This document shows positions 1-12,340 of a stretch of DNA of 64,000 nucleotides, one piece after another; position 1 is the stretch's first letter; each line of letters begins with the position of its first letter. The notes beneath the pieces are model-generated. The model worked only from the letters and a program-made list of their open reading frames with translations. It was not told the DNA's origin and made no database searches. Source of the stretch: Lama guanicoe (Eukaryota); assembly GCA_013239625.1 (NCBI GenBank), contig MU053876.1, forward strand, positions 175,394 to 239,393, given 5' to 3'. Position numbers and translations under genes: made by a program.

Positions 1-195
1 GGTAGTTCCTTTAGAAAAATAAAAGCTGGAAGGGGAAAAAATATTTGAATTTTAAAAAATGAAAAGATGAATACAGTTGAAGAAAAAGTAGTACCAAAGA
101 TAACCAAAGAAGATCCACCATAAGTAATACAGGAGTCCCAAAATAAAATCAAAGCAATGAACAGAATAAACTGCTTACAATTAAAAAAAAAACTT

Positions 196-417
196 GGGAG
201 TTTGAGATTTACAAATGTTAGCCACTATATATAAAAATAGATTTTAAAAAAGTTTATTCTCTATAGCACAGGGAACTATGTCCAATATCTTGTAATAACC
301 TTTAATGAAAAAGAATATGAAAATGAATATATGTATATATATGCATGACTGGGACATTGTGCTGTACACCAGAAACTGACATATTGTAACTGACTGTACT
401 TCAATTAAAAAAAACTT
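196..417 (+). mobile_element. 5'-truncated young L1 3' end, nested in older L1 fragments (1-1010)
   Basis: ...agcacagggaactatg...gctgtacaccagaaactgacatattgtaactgactgtacttcaatt plus an A tail; flanked by aattaaaaaaa(a)ctt on both sides (TSD-like). Confidence 0.8.
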
Positions 418-1065
418 AATTGAAATAAAAAGACTTGAAAGCTCATGCTGAAAATATACACTGCATATTTGGGAAAATCAACTGAGCAGGAGACATTGAG
501 CTATACAATAGTATACATACAAAAATCTAAAGAAAAAAAACAAATCTTTTAGATACCTAGGGAACAATTACAGAATACACTTTTTTTTTTCAAGATAGGC
601 CATGCTGAGCCATAAAATAAGATTCAATGAAATTGACTACAATACATTTAAATAAGAAATCAATAACCATAAGGTATTTTAAAACTCCAGATATTTAGTG
701 ATTTAAAAACACACTTCTAATAACTCATTCCAAAGAAGAAATCACAAGCTGAATAGTAATAAAATACAACATACGAAAATTTGTGGGACTTAGCTAAAGT
801 AGTACTTAAAAATTTATAGCTTTAATTGCCTGTATCAGGAGGAAAAAATATTTGAATCAGTTATCTAAGTTTCCAATGTAAGAAACCAGAAAAAGAAGAA
901 TTAAACCCAAAGAAATCAGGGAAAGAACAGTGAGATCAGAAAACAATAAATAAGAAACCACACAAACAATAGAGAAAAAGTTACCTTTGAGAAGTTTTGA
1001 AAATTAATAAACTTAGCAAGACTATCCCTCAACAGTTTACTATAAAACAACAACAAAAACCTTAC

Positions 1066-1412
1066 CTTGGCCAATTCTGTAATTTGACCAAAACCAGGCT
1101 TCCAAGTGGGAGCTGTGAATAGACGATCTTAAATCCACTCTCATGAAGCTGGGACTCTTCGGGAAAGTCTTCTTCAGAAACAGAGCACTTATTATACCTT
1201 GAGTCGGTGTTCATGAAGCAGTACCATGGTTCACTGTGGTCAACTCTGGCTGCATCCTCACTTGACAACAATCTCCATTTCAAACAACTTTCATTCTCAC
1301 ACTGAACCCACATTTTGTTTACATACTTCTTGTTTTCCACAGAGGACTCCATTGCAGTATTACACTCTTCTACTATTACCTTACTATCTAATTTTTCTTT
1401 TTCTTTTTCCAT
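1066..1412 (-). CDS. ZCWPW2: Zinc finger CW-type and PWWP domain protein 2, first coding exon (CW zinc finger and first residues of PWWP). Exon spans 1066-1425 with 13 nt of 5'UTR; gene continues leftwards out of the window
   Basis: Translation MEKEKEKLDSKVIVEECNTAMESSVENKKYVNKMWVQCENESCLKWRLL...EPWYCFMNTDSRYNKCSVSEE...SLVLVKLQNWP has the CW-domain signature (WVQC-x4-C-x-KWR...WYC...C) followed by the PWWP start, and I recognise it as ZCWPW2. Acceptor ...ttattttccag at 1427-1426, ATG at 1412-1410, donor AG/gtaag at 1065-1064 (phase 2). Confidence 0.96.
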
Positions 1413-1467
1413 AAATGCATTCAATCTGGAAAATAAATCAGAGGAAAATAAAAGAATAAACATTTGA

Positions 1468-1580
1468 AAAATATGAAAATGAATATATGTACGTATATGC
1501 ATGACTGGGACACTGTGCTGTATACCAGAAATTGACACATTGTAACTGACTATACTTCAGTTAAAACAAAGCAAAACAAA
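1468..1580 (+). mobile_element. 5'-truncated L1 3' end with about 18-bp TSD
   Basis: Same L1 terminus as 310-410 (gcatgactgggacactgtgctgtataccagaaattgacacattgtaactgactatacttca); flanks aaaagaataaNNatttga at 1450-1467 and 1581-1598. Confidence 0.85.
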
Positions 1581-1634
1581 AAAAGAATAAGGATTTGAGA
1601 GTGTAAGGAGAAAAAATTCCAGCCAAATTCTGAG

Positions 1635-1799
1635 AAATAGCTCTTTGATACCTTCTTTTTTTTTAATTTTTAAAAATTTGTTTAAAGGGGAGATAATTAG
1701 GTTTATTTGTTTATCTTTTTAATGGAGGGACTGGGGATTGAATTCAGGACCTCATGCATGCTAAGTGTGCACTCTACCACTAGCCATACCCTAACCCGC
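1635..1799 (-). mobile_element. tRNA-derived SINE (camelid Vic-1-like)
   Basis: Reverse complement gggtatggctagtggtagagtgcacacttagcatgcatgaggtcctgaattcaatccccagtccctcc with Pol III A/B-box remnants and an A-rich tail; homologous to the copies at 26774, 29244 and 30005. Confidence 0.85.
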
Positions 1800-3667
1800 A
1801 ATATCTTTTTTTTCCGATTCTACTGTTTTATTTTTATTATGTACTACATAATACACTGTATGCTACACAATACACTACATAACCTTCTAGCAAGAGTAGG
1901 ACAAGCATAACTGAGTTATTTTTCATCAGGAAAAGTGCCTTGTTAATCAATGTTCTCCAAACCCTTTGACACATAGTAATGATTAACTCCAGAGATACAT
2001 CTATCTCTTTCCATCAAACTCCTCTGATATGGATAACGGGCAATCCTTTTTTCCTTGCCCCGTTACTGAACCTGTGGACGTGTGCAGTGGCCATTCCCAG
2101 GATGGACAAGCACGCGGCCATGACGGCAAGCCCTGGGAGAATCTCGAACCGCATCGCGCTGGGAAACCAAGAACAAACACTTCTTTCCAGGCCCCTGAAA
2201 GGTGCCCCGGCTTCGGTCCCTTCCCGATAAGCTCCCCAATACCTTGACTACCCCCTCTCTATCCTATAAAGACTACACTCGTTGAACATGTTACGTTTCC
2301 ACCTATCCAGAAACAAAAGAACAAAATAGAAGCCTCAATCACTCTGGTCACAAATGCTCCAAAATTAAAAAGAAGAAAAGTCTGATATAGTAGAAGAATA
2401 GTAGAAGTTAACTGTAATACCTATTGTACTATTATTAGTACAAAGCTGGTAGATATCCAATGCTTCTGCCGTAATAAAAATGAAATCTCATTCAGTGCTA
2501 TGAGGCAGACATTATTCTAAGTGCCTTATGCACATGGCTTACATAGTCTTCACAACCTTAATATGACCACTTTTAGGGGGAAAAGGAAAGCTAAGAAAAG
2601 TAATTTGTTTAAGGTTCCAGGTCTAGTATATGGTAGAGTTGGGCTTTAAATGCAGACAGGTTTCCCTCCCCTGCAAATTCTGTGATCTTACCCAGGAGAC
2701 TGTACTGCCTGCTGGCTATATGATGTATATAAAATGTAGCAATTATTTAACCATATGAAAATTTGGAATTTATTGTTAAAAATTAAAGGAATCTTTTGTT
2801 TATATAGTTTGGGGTCTTTTATCCATTAATTCAAGGGATATGAGTAAAAACTTTCCAGAGCTTTTTTATTATGAAAATTTTAAACACATAAAAAAGTTAG
2901 AATTATACGATTAAGTCCCAAACTACTAGCTTCAAGAATAATAATGTGCATACTAAAAATAATTAATATAACTGAAATACAAGTAAAACTAATTATTAGC
3001 AGTCTTAATTTGCAATACAAAAACTATTTTTCAAAAAAGACTTAGAGATACCATATTAATAAATTAGTAGAACACTACTATTCAAGTAGAAGTGCCATTT
3101 GAAGCAGTTCTTAATTCTGAGTTAATTATATATTTAGAAACTCACTTATCACATACCTTCGCATGGTCACTACAAAGTGCTTTAGAAAAAAATTTGCCAA
3201 TGTATTCCAATAGGCATAGTTCACAATTTTTGACCTATTAATCCCACTCATGTGAATGTATCCAGAGAAAATAAACGTAAAAGAGACTAACCTATACATT
3301 GCAAAACCAACAATATTCACTGTGCACGATTTATTGTATTGAAAGAGTGGAAAAATTTAAAAACAGGAAGAACAAAATCTAAAGGAAGACAAATATAAAA
3401 TTTTGCTAATGATATATATATATTTAAAATTTGGTTAATTCTTTAATTGGTGAGGATATTCATGAGGAATAACTCTGCATTTTAGACTGCAGTTGAAGTG
3501 AAGTCTTTTTCTCTACTCTATGGGTCACTAGACAGTAGAGCAGAAATTTCTTGAGTCCAGACTTTGGAGCCAAATTACATGTGAATTCCTGGCTCTGCTA
3601 ATCACCAGCTGTACATCCTTGGGCAAGGCACTGTTTTTCACTTCACTTCACATTTGGTGTAACTTCA

Positions 3668-3669
<2 letters not shown>

Positions 3670-3701
<32 letters not shown>
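3670..3701. repeat. (GT)16 microsatellite
   Basis: Perfect dinucleotide run. Confidence 0.99.
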
Positions 3702-3703
<2 letters not shown>

Positions 3704-6700
3704 CCTTTTTTTTCCTTTTATTTCCAATCCTTCTGTCTTCTCTACTACGCTGGCTAGGACACGTATAATATGGAAGCCATGACAGTGGACTTATTTTTCC
3801 CTAATTTTAAAGACAATGATTCTATTATTTGATGATAAAGTCAAATATATATGCATGTTTTTTGTAGAAACCATTAAAAGATAATAAAAAGTAGTTTTCC
3901 TTCAATTACCAGTTTACTAAGAGTATTTTGAGGGGGGTTAAACATGAAGTGGTGTTGAATTTTATCAAATGCTTTTCTGAATACTGAGGTGAATATAAGA
4001 TTTTTCTTTTTAATCTGTGAATCAGGTAAGTTGTGTTAATGAATTTATTAATGATAAACCCACTTGCACTCTGGGTAAATGCTATATGGTCATGTCATAA
4101 GATTTTTTTCTTTAACATATATTATTGCGTTCAGTTTATTAATAATTATATAAGATTTGTTCATATACGTGTTTATAGGTGAGACTCGTCTATTACTTTC
4201 ATTTTTCCCCTTTTGTCTTTCTGGTTTTGATATCAAGATTAAAATGGTCTCATAAAATGAGATATAGAATATCCTCCTTTATTGGTAAGTTTGCTTAAGG
4301 GAGGAATTTCTAATTTTGTCAAACATTTAAGAATTCTAAAGAGGCACAAACTACTATGTATAAAATAAATAACCGACAAGGATAGATTGTACACGTACAG
4401 CACAGGGAATATGGCTAGTATTTTATAGTAACTTTAAATGGAGTATAATCTATAAAAATATTGAATCACTATGTTGTACACTTGAAGCTAATATAATAAG
4501 TCAATTATATTTCAACCAAAAAATACAAGCAACCAGAAGCAAACAGAACAAAATGTTACTATCTGCTAAGTCCATGCAGTGAGTACATAGGTATTTCATG
4601 TTTTCTCTATACTGGAAATCTCTCATAACTAAAAAATGAAAAATTAAAAATATTGTTTAAAAAACCATAAATTAGTAAAACTGATAGAACACTATGAATC
4701 ATGTAGAAGCATTCTCTAGAAGATTTGCACAAATACGAATATTTGCTTATTTTCTCCAATCTGTCATGAAACAAACTGAGAATTTTTCTTGTAATGAATT
4801 TTAAATTTGCAAACAATAAAAGTTTCTTTGAGAATACACACACAAAAAAGAATTCCAGGGTAACTACTGTACCTCTCAGTATGTTCTTTCACTCTGAATT
4901 TGTTTATACCATTTTTTTCAATTCATTTATCTTGTCAGAGTTTTGTAAACAACCAGAGTTTCAGTCTTCTTATTTATTCATTTTTACTTATTTTTTATTT
5001 TTTTAAATTTAAAATTTTATTTTTAAATTTAAACAATTTTTATTTTATTTTTATTTTTAAATTTTTATTTCTTTATTATTGAGTTCAGTCTTCTTATTTA
5101 TTTTTTTCAATTCTATCTATATTAATAGCTGCATTTTATTTTTTCCTTCCTTCTACTTTCTTTGGGAATTCTTTGTTGGTCTTTCTCTTCTTGAGTTGAT
5201 GCTTAGTTAATTCATACTCAATCTTTTTTTTAAACTTTATTAATTTTATTACATTGTGGTAAGAATACTTAACATGACATCTACCCTCTTAATCTTTTAA
5301 GAATGTAATAGAGCATTTAATTTCAATTTCATTAAAGAACTCTTTCTAGTATTTCTTGTTGGGCAGGTTTAGTGAAGATGAACCCCTTTAGTCTTTGTTT
5401 GTTTCAGAGTATCTTTATCCCTCCTTCAATTCTGAAGGACAACTTGGCCAGAAAGAGTATTCTTGGTTGGTAGTTTTCTTTCTTTCATGAGTTCTTTCAG
5501 AATTTTGAATGTATCATCTCCCTCCCTATCTTCACTCTTTTTTGTTCTTTGTGCTCCTCTGATTGTTTGAGTCCAGTGAGCTATCTTCAAATTCATTTAT
5601 CTTTTCTTCTGTTTGATCTAGTCTGTTGTTGAACACTTCTTTTGAATTTTTAGTAACATATGATTTCTTTTTAGAATTTTTATATTTCCTCCTCCTGTTG
5701 AAATTCTCACAGTGCTCCTGCATTGCTCTCCTGACCTCAGTGAGCAGCTTTATAATGATTTTGAATTATCTGGCACGTAAATCACTTATCTCCCCTGGTT
5801 TTTTCACTGGGGTAAGCCAGGGGGAGAAGACATGGAACATTTATTTCCACATGGTCATTCAGGGTCCCATGGGACTACTAATTGTGTGCCCTATTAGTTC
5901 TCAGATGCAGGCTAATTAGAACCATTAGGCAGCCGCTGAAAAAGTATGCAGTCAAATTCCTTCTAGGGGAAACAGGGGAGTCTTGTGTTTTTGCCTGCTC
6001 CCTCTGTGCTGGTCACCCATATGTTAGACATCACCTGTTTGTATTCTGTGGTGAATGGGGACTTGAGAGTTTCGAGCCCTTTAGGTTCTCTAAGACTTGG
6101 GAGCCAGTCCCTCAAGTGGTAGCCATAAAAGTTGGGGGGTGCTAGATATACGGAGCAGCTCTTTCCAGAAAGAAGATGAACACTTGCTTTTATCACTGGA
6201 GTGAGTGAGGGGAGCGAAGGGGATGGAAGTGCCCACAAGCCCTTTCAGGCTCCCCGAGGAACACAATCAGCTTCCAGATGCAGGCTGGTGAGAAGCGCAA
6301 CCCTTGGGCAGCAATGAGGAAAGTATGCAGGTGAACCCCTTCCAGGGAGAAACTGGTAACCTTGTGTTTTAGCCTGCTTCCTCTGTGTTGAGCCCAGGGG
6401 GATGGCCATGGTAAGTGCCTGCACTTCTGTGCAAAACTGCCTCACAAATGCTGATTCCCACTGGCTCTCAGAGCGAGTGATTTGGAAGCTGGTCCCCTGG
6501 GTAGCAGCCATGAAAGTTGAGGAGATCTGTGGTCCCACCCCTTTGCTCTTCAGGGAGAGGCTGGCAGCTGGGGGCTCCTTCCTGAATGTAAGGAGCTACT
6601 ATGGAGGTTATGGCATCGATGCTTTTCCTACTCATTTCAACGTGGGTATTTTCTCAGTCATCCTACATGTAGAATTCACTCAACTTGTTTCTGTATTTTC

Positions 6701-6790
6701 TCTCCAAGGGAACTGATCTGCATGTAGCTGTTTATTCCGTGCACCTGTAGGAAGAAGAAAAGTCTGAAGCCTCATATTCAGCTGTTTTGC
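3700..6790 (-). mobile_element. Composite of old L1 fragments (ORF2, ORF1 and 5' remnants) with nested insertions
   Basis: Typical antisense L1 text (gttgaattttatcaaatgctttttctg; ctttagtatttcttgttgggcagg); minus ORF 5532-5723 resembles the ORF1 coiled coil (NRLDQTEEKINEFEDS). Confidence 0.7.
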
Positions 6791-8516
6791 TAATGTCCTT
6801 TGTATTTTGTTTTTTTTTTTTACTTTTAATTACTTGCAGGAAAATACAAAACAGTAGTAGTAATATCAGACATCTTTGTCTTGTTGTGACTTTGACAAGA
6901 CTGAAGCGTAAATCTGGTCATCAGAAATGGAAGAAATTAAGGTTATCTTTGTCAAGGCTTTCCTCTGGTTGTATGTTCCAGGACACCATCACACCATCAC
7001 CCATCCTCCACAAGCCCCCACGTGAGATGCAAACAGTGTATTAGGAAGGGGAGATAATGCTGGCCACTGGGTGAAGGGCTACCAACTCAAAAACCAAACG
7101 TAAAGAGGGATGAGGGAGATTCTAAATCTAAGGCAGGTATTGGGAGGCTATGTGGACAACAAAGCTGAGGATAAGGAGTTGGGGTACAGTCCTCGAAATG
7201 GTGAGGTTCTCCATTACAAGTTGGTTCAAGCATCTTCTACTTCTATTTATTATTTAATAAGAGAAATAGGTCTTACTGATATTTGAGAGCAAACTGACAC
7301 TAGAAATCTCACTCAGTCTCTATGTGAGCAGGTCATACATCCTGAATGGGACATGAAGCCTCCTGCTGGAAAGGTGGGAGGTACCACAACTCAGTGTTTC
7401 ACGAGGGGCCCTTCAGTTCTCCATTTAATGTCACTATATTACAGACATTTAACGAAATGGGTTTATAGATTATATTATCTAGATTATTCCTCACAAAATG
7501 AAGTCACTTAAAATATTTCTAAAGAGAAATGACATCTTGAAGAGAATACTAATAACACATATTATTAAAGTATAAGAGACATAAAAGAAAGCAGAACGTG
7601 ACGACTCTCTGCCAGTTAACTGCCTGGGATTCTGTCCATCTTGCAATCACTGGTCTGCTCTAAAGCAGAAAGCACTCTAAGTTTACTGGCACCACATCAG
7701 TGGAAAGCTTAGCAAAATCCATTATGATAGCCTATTATAAAATGTTAAGGGGATTAAAAGATTACTTTGAAATGGTAGATAAAGTTTTCAGATTTTCTTA
7801 GGAAGTTGGGTCTCACAGTGGATAACACTGAGAAGATAAATTAACACTAAGAAAATGTCATTATTACTTAAATACTGATACTCATTTTCAATTGTGTCTA
7901 ACTTAAACCTCTTGGTATTTTAGATTGGACACAGTTTATCTAGGCTAATAGAATTTATACTACAGATTATAAAATACTTACTCTTTTCAAACCAGATTCT
8001 CATTTTATTTCTATTACCTTTTCTCCAACACACTGGTTTTCAAAATTGTTGTCACATACAGAAGGTGCAAATGAAGAGGAGAAAGAGAGAAGAGAGGAGT
8101 AAGGAAAGCGGTGGAGTATTTGAAGGGGTCCCTATAAAATCATGCCTAAGTTGTCAACACTTTAGTGTGTAAAGATATTGACAAATACAAAGCTGTGCTA
8201 AGTACACTTGCTTTGCTCAACTTCTGTTTCTAATTTTTTTATTTCATAACTTAGCTAACATATTAAACTAGAGAAGTCAGAAGAAAAGGTAAAAGTTACA
8301 TTTTGGAAAATAGAAAACACTGAACATCTATTCAAAATTACACGGCCGTTAAGTTCAGGCTGTACATTAGTTTATTTACTCATTCACTTAAGGCCATAGG
8401 TATGAATGGTTATAGACAATTTCCAGTCAGACAGCTCTACCACTTTTTACTAGGCAAAAAAGTTAACCACTCTGGATATTATTATTATCTGGGGATAATA
8501 AGAGTACCACCACTCT

Positions 8517-10641
8517 GGAACCTCTTTTATAAGGATGCTGATCCCGTTCATAAAGGCTGTCTTTATGAATTAATCACCACCCAAAGGCTCCACCTCCTAA
8601 TACCATCACATTGGGGGTTAGGTTTCGATATGAATTTGACCCGACACAAATATCCATTCTACAGCATTCCATCTGGGCCCCAAAATTCACATTCCTTTCA
8701 CATGAAAAATACATTCATCCCATTCACAACAACTCCCAAAAGTCTTAACTCCTTTCAGCGTCAACTCAAAAATCCAAAGTTATGTCTAAGTATCACCTAA
8801 ATTAGATATGAGTGAGACTGAAGGGAGGATTCATCCTGAGGCCAACTCTCTTCCCACTGTGAACCTGTGAAATCAAAAGTTGCTATGTGTTTCCAAAATA
8901 CAATGGTGGGACAGGCACAGGCCTGACACTCCCCCTCCACAGGGAGAAGAAAGAAAGGAGCGTCAGGTCCAGAGCGAGTCTAAACACTAAAGCTGGATAA
9001 TAGTCTTGTTTGGCTCTGCGCTCTGCCCCCCAGGCCTACGGGGGTTGCAGACCCCTTCTAGGCCCACTGGGGTGGGTCCCAGCCCCACAGTTTTGCCAGG
9101 TAGGGGCTGGGCCCCTAGGCTATAGGTGGCCTTGCCTCTGTGGCTTTGGGCAGCCCATACAGGTAAGAGTCAGGTGCCTGTGGCTCACCTGGGTTTTACT
9201 GGTCTGGGGTCAGCCCTGGCCCACAGCCCCAGTGGGCCATGCCTCAGCAGGCATCCTCTGTGGTGACTCTGCCCCTGCAGGGATTCTCTGCCTGTGTCCC
9301 AAGCCAGGAAACCTAGGTGGCAGTAGCTATGCTGTTGTGGCTGTGCCTGGTCAGAGACAGCACCCAGGCATGGCAGCAAAGTCTGCTGATGGGTAGATGC
9401 CGCAGAGGAACCCGCTGGAACATACCTGAGGCAGTCAAGGATCTTGGCACGAATGTGGGGAGCAGAAGCCTTGAGGCAAGGCTGGGCAGCATGTGTTAAG
9501 GACCCACAAGTGACTGTGGCCCCTCCTTTGAAATCATTCTGTCCTCCATGCCTTTCTTTGCATTGCGTGATGGGGGTGGCAGCCCTGATGGTCTCTGAAT
9601 TTCCCTCGCTCTTCCAGGCTCTTAAACAATACCACCTAGCTTCAGCTGAAATGGCCGATCAGCTCCTTAATATGCTTATTTGGCCACACCTTTCATGGTC
9701 TTTCCCAAACAGCAGCTCATTCTACCCAATATGGATAGGCTGAGAATTTCCCAAGTATTTTAAGTTCTGCTTCCTTTCTGATGAAACAGTTCTGCCTTTG
9801 AGTCTTTTCTCTCTTCTCACATTTTACTGTAAGCCAAGAGAACTTACTTCACTTAGTCAAGAGATGCTAAGCTGGACCTTCAACATCTTGCTTAGACATT
9901 TTCTCTGCCAAATATCCACTTTGTTTACTCATCAGTTCTCCCTTCCACAGAACACTAGGCATGAGCACAATTCAGCCAAGTTCTTTGCAGCTTCATAACA
10001 AGGATTGCTTTTTCTCCATTGTTCGATACCGTGTTTCTCATTTCCACCTGATACCTCATCAGACTGCCTTCACACTGTCCACAATTCTACCAAGATTCTG
10101 CTCAAGATTACGTAGGTATTCTCCAAGAAGACTGAAGCTTTGTCTACAGTTCTGCTCTTTTCTTTCTGGGTTCTCATCAGAATTGCCCTTAATGGGCTGT
10201 TCGTTCATGACAATGTGGCCTTTTTCTAGCATGAACCTCAAGACTCTTCCAGCCTCTACCCCTTACCCAGTTCCAAAGCCACTTCCACATTTTCAGTTAT
10301 TTACTACAGCAGAACCCCTGCTTCTCAGTACCAATTTCTGTCTCTGTCTGGGCTGCTATAACAAAAAATTCCAGACTGGGTGACTTATAAACAACATTTA
10401 GTTCTCATAAATCTGGTGGCTGGGATGTCCAAGATCAAGGTACTGACATATTGAGTGTCTCGTAAGAACCCGCGGCCTGGTTCACAGGTGGCCATCACTT
10501 GGCAGGAGGGGCCAAGGTACTTTCTGGCCTCTCATTTAAATGCATTAATTCCATCTGCTCTCATGACATAATCACCTCCCAAAGGCTCCACCTCCTAATA
10601 CCATCATATTTTAGGGAGACACAAATATTCAGTCTACAGTG
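8517..10641 (-). mobile_element. MaLR element (MLT1A-like): partial LTR, internal region, LTR
   Basis: Two copies of aatcacc(a/t)cccaaaggctccacctcctaataccatca...gacacaaatat(c/t)ca (about 8570-8666 and 10570-10641) bracket MaLR-internal-type sequence. Confidence 0.85.
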
Positions 10642-11149
10642 ACAAACCTACATTGGTTTTGAAAGAGAGGGGTAGATTCTTAGTGGTAAGGGAGGATAGT
10701 GGCAGATGAAGCTTAGATATCTGTTTGGGGCAAATGGATGAACAGTGGAGTTAATAACCAAACAGGGCATATAAATATGGAGCAAGCTTGATATTTAGGG
10801 ATCAGAAATAATACATTCCTTTTGGTCTTAGGTTTAAAATGCCTGTGAGTCTGCTAGGTAGGCAGTATGAAGTATGGGTCTCATCCTCTAGAAGAAAATT
10901 CTAGAGTCACACAATAGAAAGTCAGAGTTTTCTGCTCAGTTCTGCTGTAAACCTGAAACTGCTCTAAAGAAATAAAACGTATTATTAAAACAAAAAGTCA
11001 GAGTATAAACTGGGGACCAGCAATCCTAGGCAGTTACTCAACTCTTAAATGACTGACCATCTGGTTTTTAAATTTTTTTTTTTAAAGAGACCAAAGATTT
11101 TCTAATCCTTTAATCCTAATTATTTAATTAATTAATTAGGGTGTTTATT

Positions 11150-11395
11150 TATTTATTATTTAAGTATAGTTGATTTACAATGTTGCATTAGTTTCAGGTG
11201 TACAGCAAAATTATTCAGTTTATATATATATATATTATATACACACACATATCATATATATATATATATATTTTCTCAGATCCTTTTCATTATAGGTTAT
11301 TACAAGATACTGACTATAGTTCCCTGTGCTCTACCGTAGGTCCTTGCTGTTCATCTATTTTATATGCAGTAGTAGTGTATCTGTTAATCCTAAAC
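11150..11395 (-). mobile_element. L1 3' end fragment with (TA)n/(CA) tract
   Basis: aagtatagttgatttacaatgttg...gtttcaggtgtacagcaa...atagttccctgtgctctaccgtagg. Confidence 0.8.
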
Positions 11396-12089
11396 TTACC
11401 CTTAAACCTCTACCCTTTACTGATTCCTTTACTAGTTCTTCTGTCTCTCTCTAGGCCCTAAATGTAGGCCTTTCCAAGGTTCTGTCTTCAAACTTCTCTT
11501 TCTACATTCTTTTCCTTGGGGATTTCATTCAAATAGCTTTGACTCTCTCTCCCATGCAAACAGCTGCCAAATCTCCGTCTTAATCCCTGAACTTCATCTC
11601 AAATCTCATCTTCACATCTACATTCCGAATAATTTTGACACTTGGATTTACTCAAGCACCCTCAATTTGGGCCAAATCAAGTTTTCTTTTCCTTCAAAAC
11701 AGTTTGTCTCTCATTACTGTTACCTAGACTCAAATTTCATCCAGGGTCAACTTTGAAACTGCCTACTTCCTCATCCCCTCTATGTAAATTTAAAGCTGTC
11801 ATTTTGTTACAACTTACAAAATTGAAAAGGTTTCTGCCTGTGTTCCCACCTTTCCAATCCTACTGCTACAAACCTAGCTCAGTTTCTCATTAGTTCATTT
11901 AGACTGCTATAAACAGCCAACTGACCAATCTGTCTACTTTCTCTCTCCTCACGTTGATTTTCAAGTCACTGATAATAGGTTAATCTTATAAACTCTCAAT
12001 AATGGATCCTCTTGCTAAAAAAACGTATTATTTGCCATTGCTAACATAATTGGAAATAAGGTCCCCACTCTGTATTTGAATTGTCCACA

Positions 12090-12340
12090 GTGCAACTCTA
12101 CAGTGAAGTAGTTAAGAGTATGGGTTTTATTACCAGTCAGACCTTGATTAAGATCTAAGAACACGAACTTAACAGCTATATGACTGTGGGCAAAATCATT
12201 TAATATCTTTTCATCTGGAAAGCAGTAATAATGCTAACACCACCTCACAGAATGTTGTAAAAGTTCAGTAAAATAATGCACATAGGGTACGTGGCAAGAA
12301 GCAGAACATGCAATGGGTGCTCATTAAATGGTTGCTAGCA
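12090..12340 (+). mobile_element. MIR SINE remnant (others at about 2470-2700, 3530-3660, 14400-14550, 31530-31770, 44570-44730, 51250-51430, 51735-51895)
   Basis: MIR core: agctatatgactgtgggcaaaatcatttaa...acctcacagaatgttgtaaaagttcagtaaaataatgca. Confidence 0.7.

Noticed and set aside
1426..1538. N-terminal extension of the 158-aa ORF (MSISGIQHSV...)
   Set aside because: It lies upstream of the splice acceptor at 1427-1426 and derives from intron and an antisense L1 tail. The protein starts at 1412.
8402..10383. 128-140 aa ORFs at 8402, 9010 and 9961
   Set aside because: Chance ORFs on the antisense strand of a MaLR element, with no domain signature.
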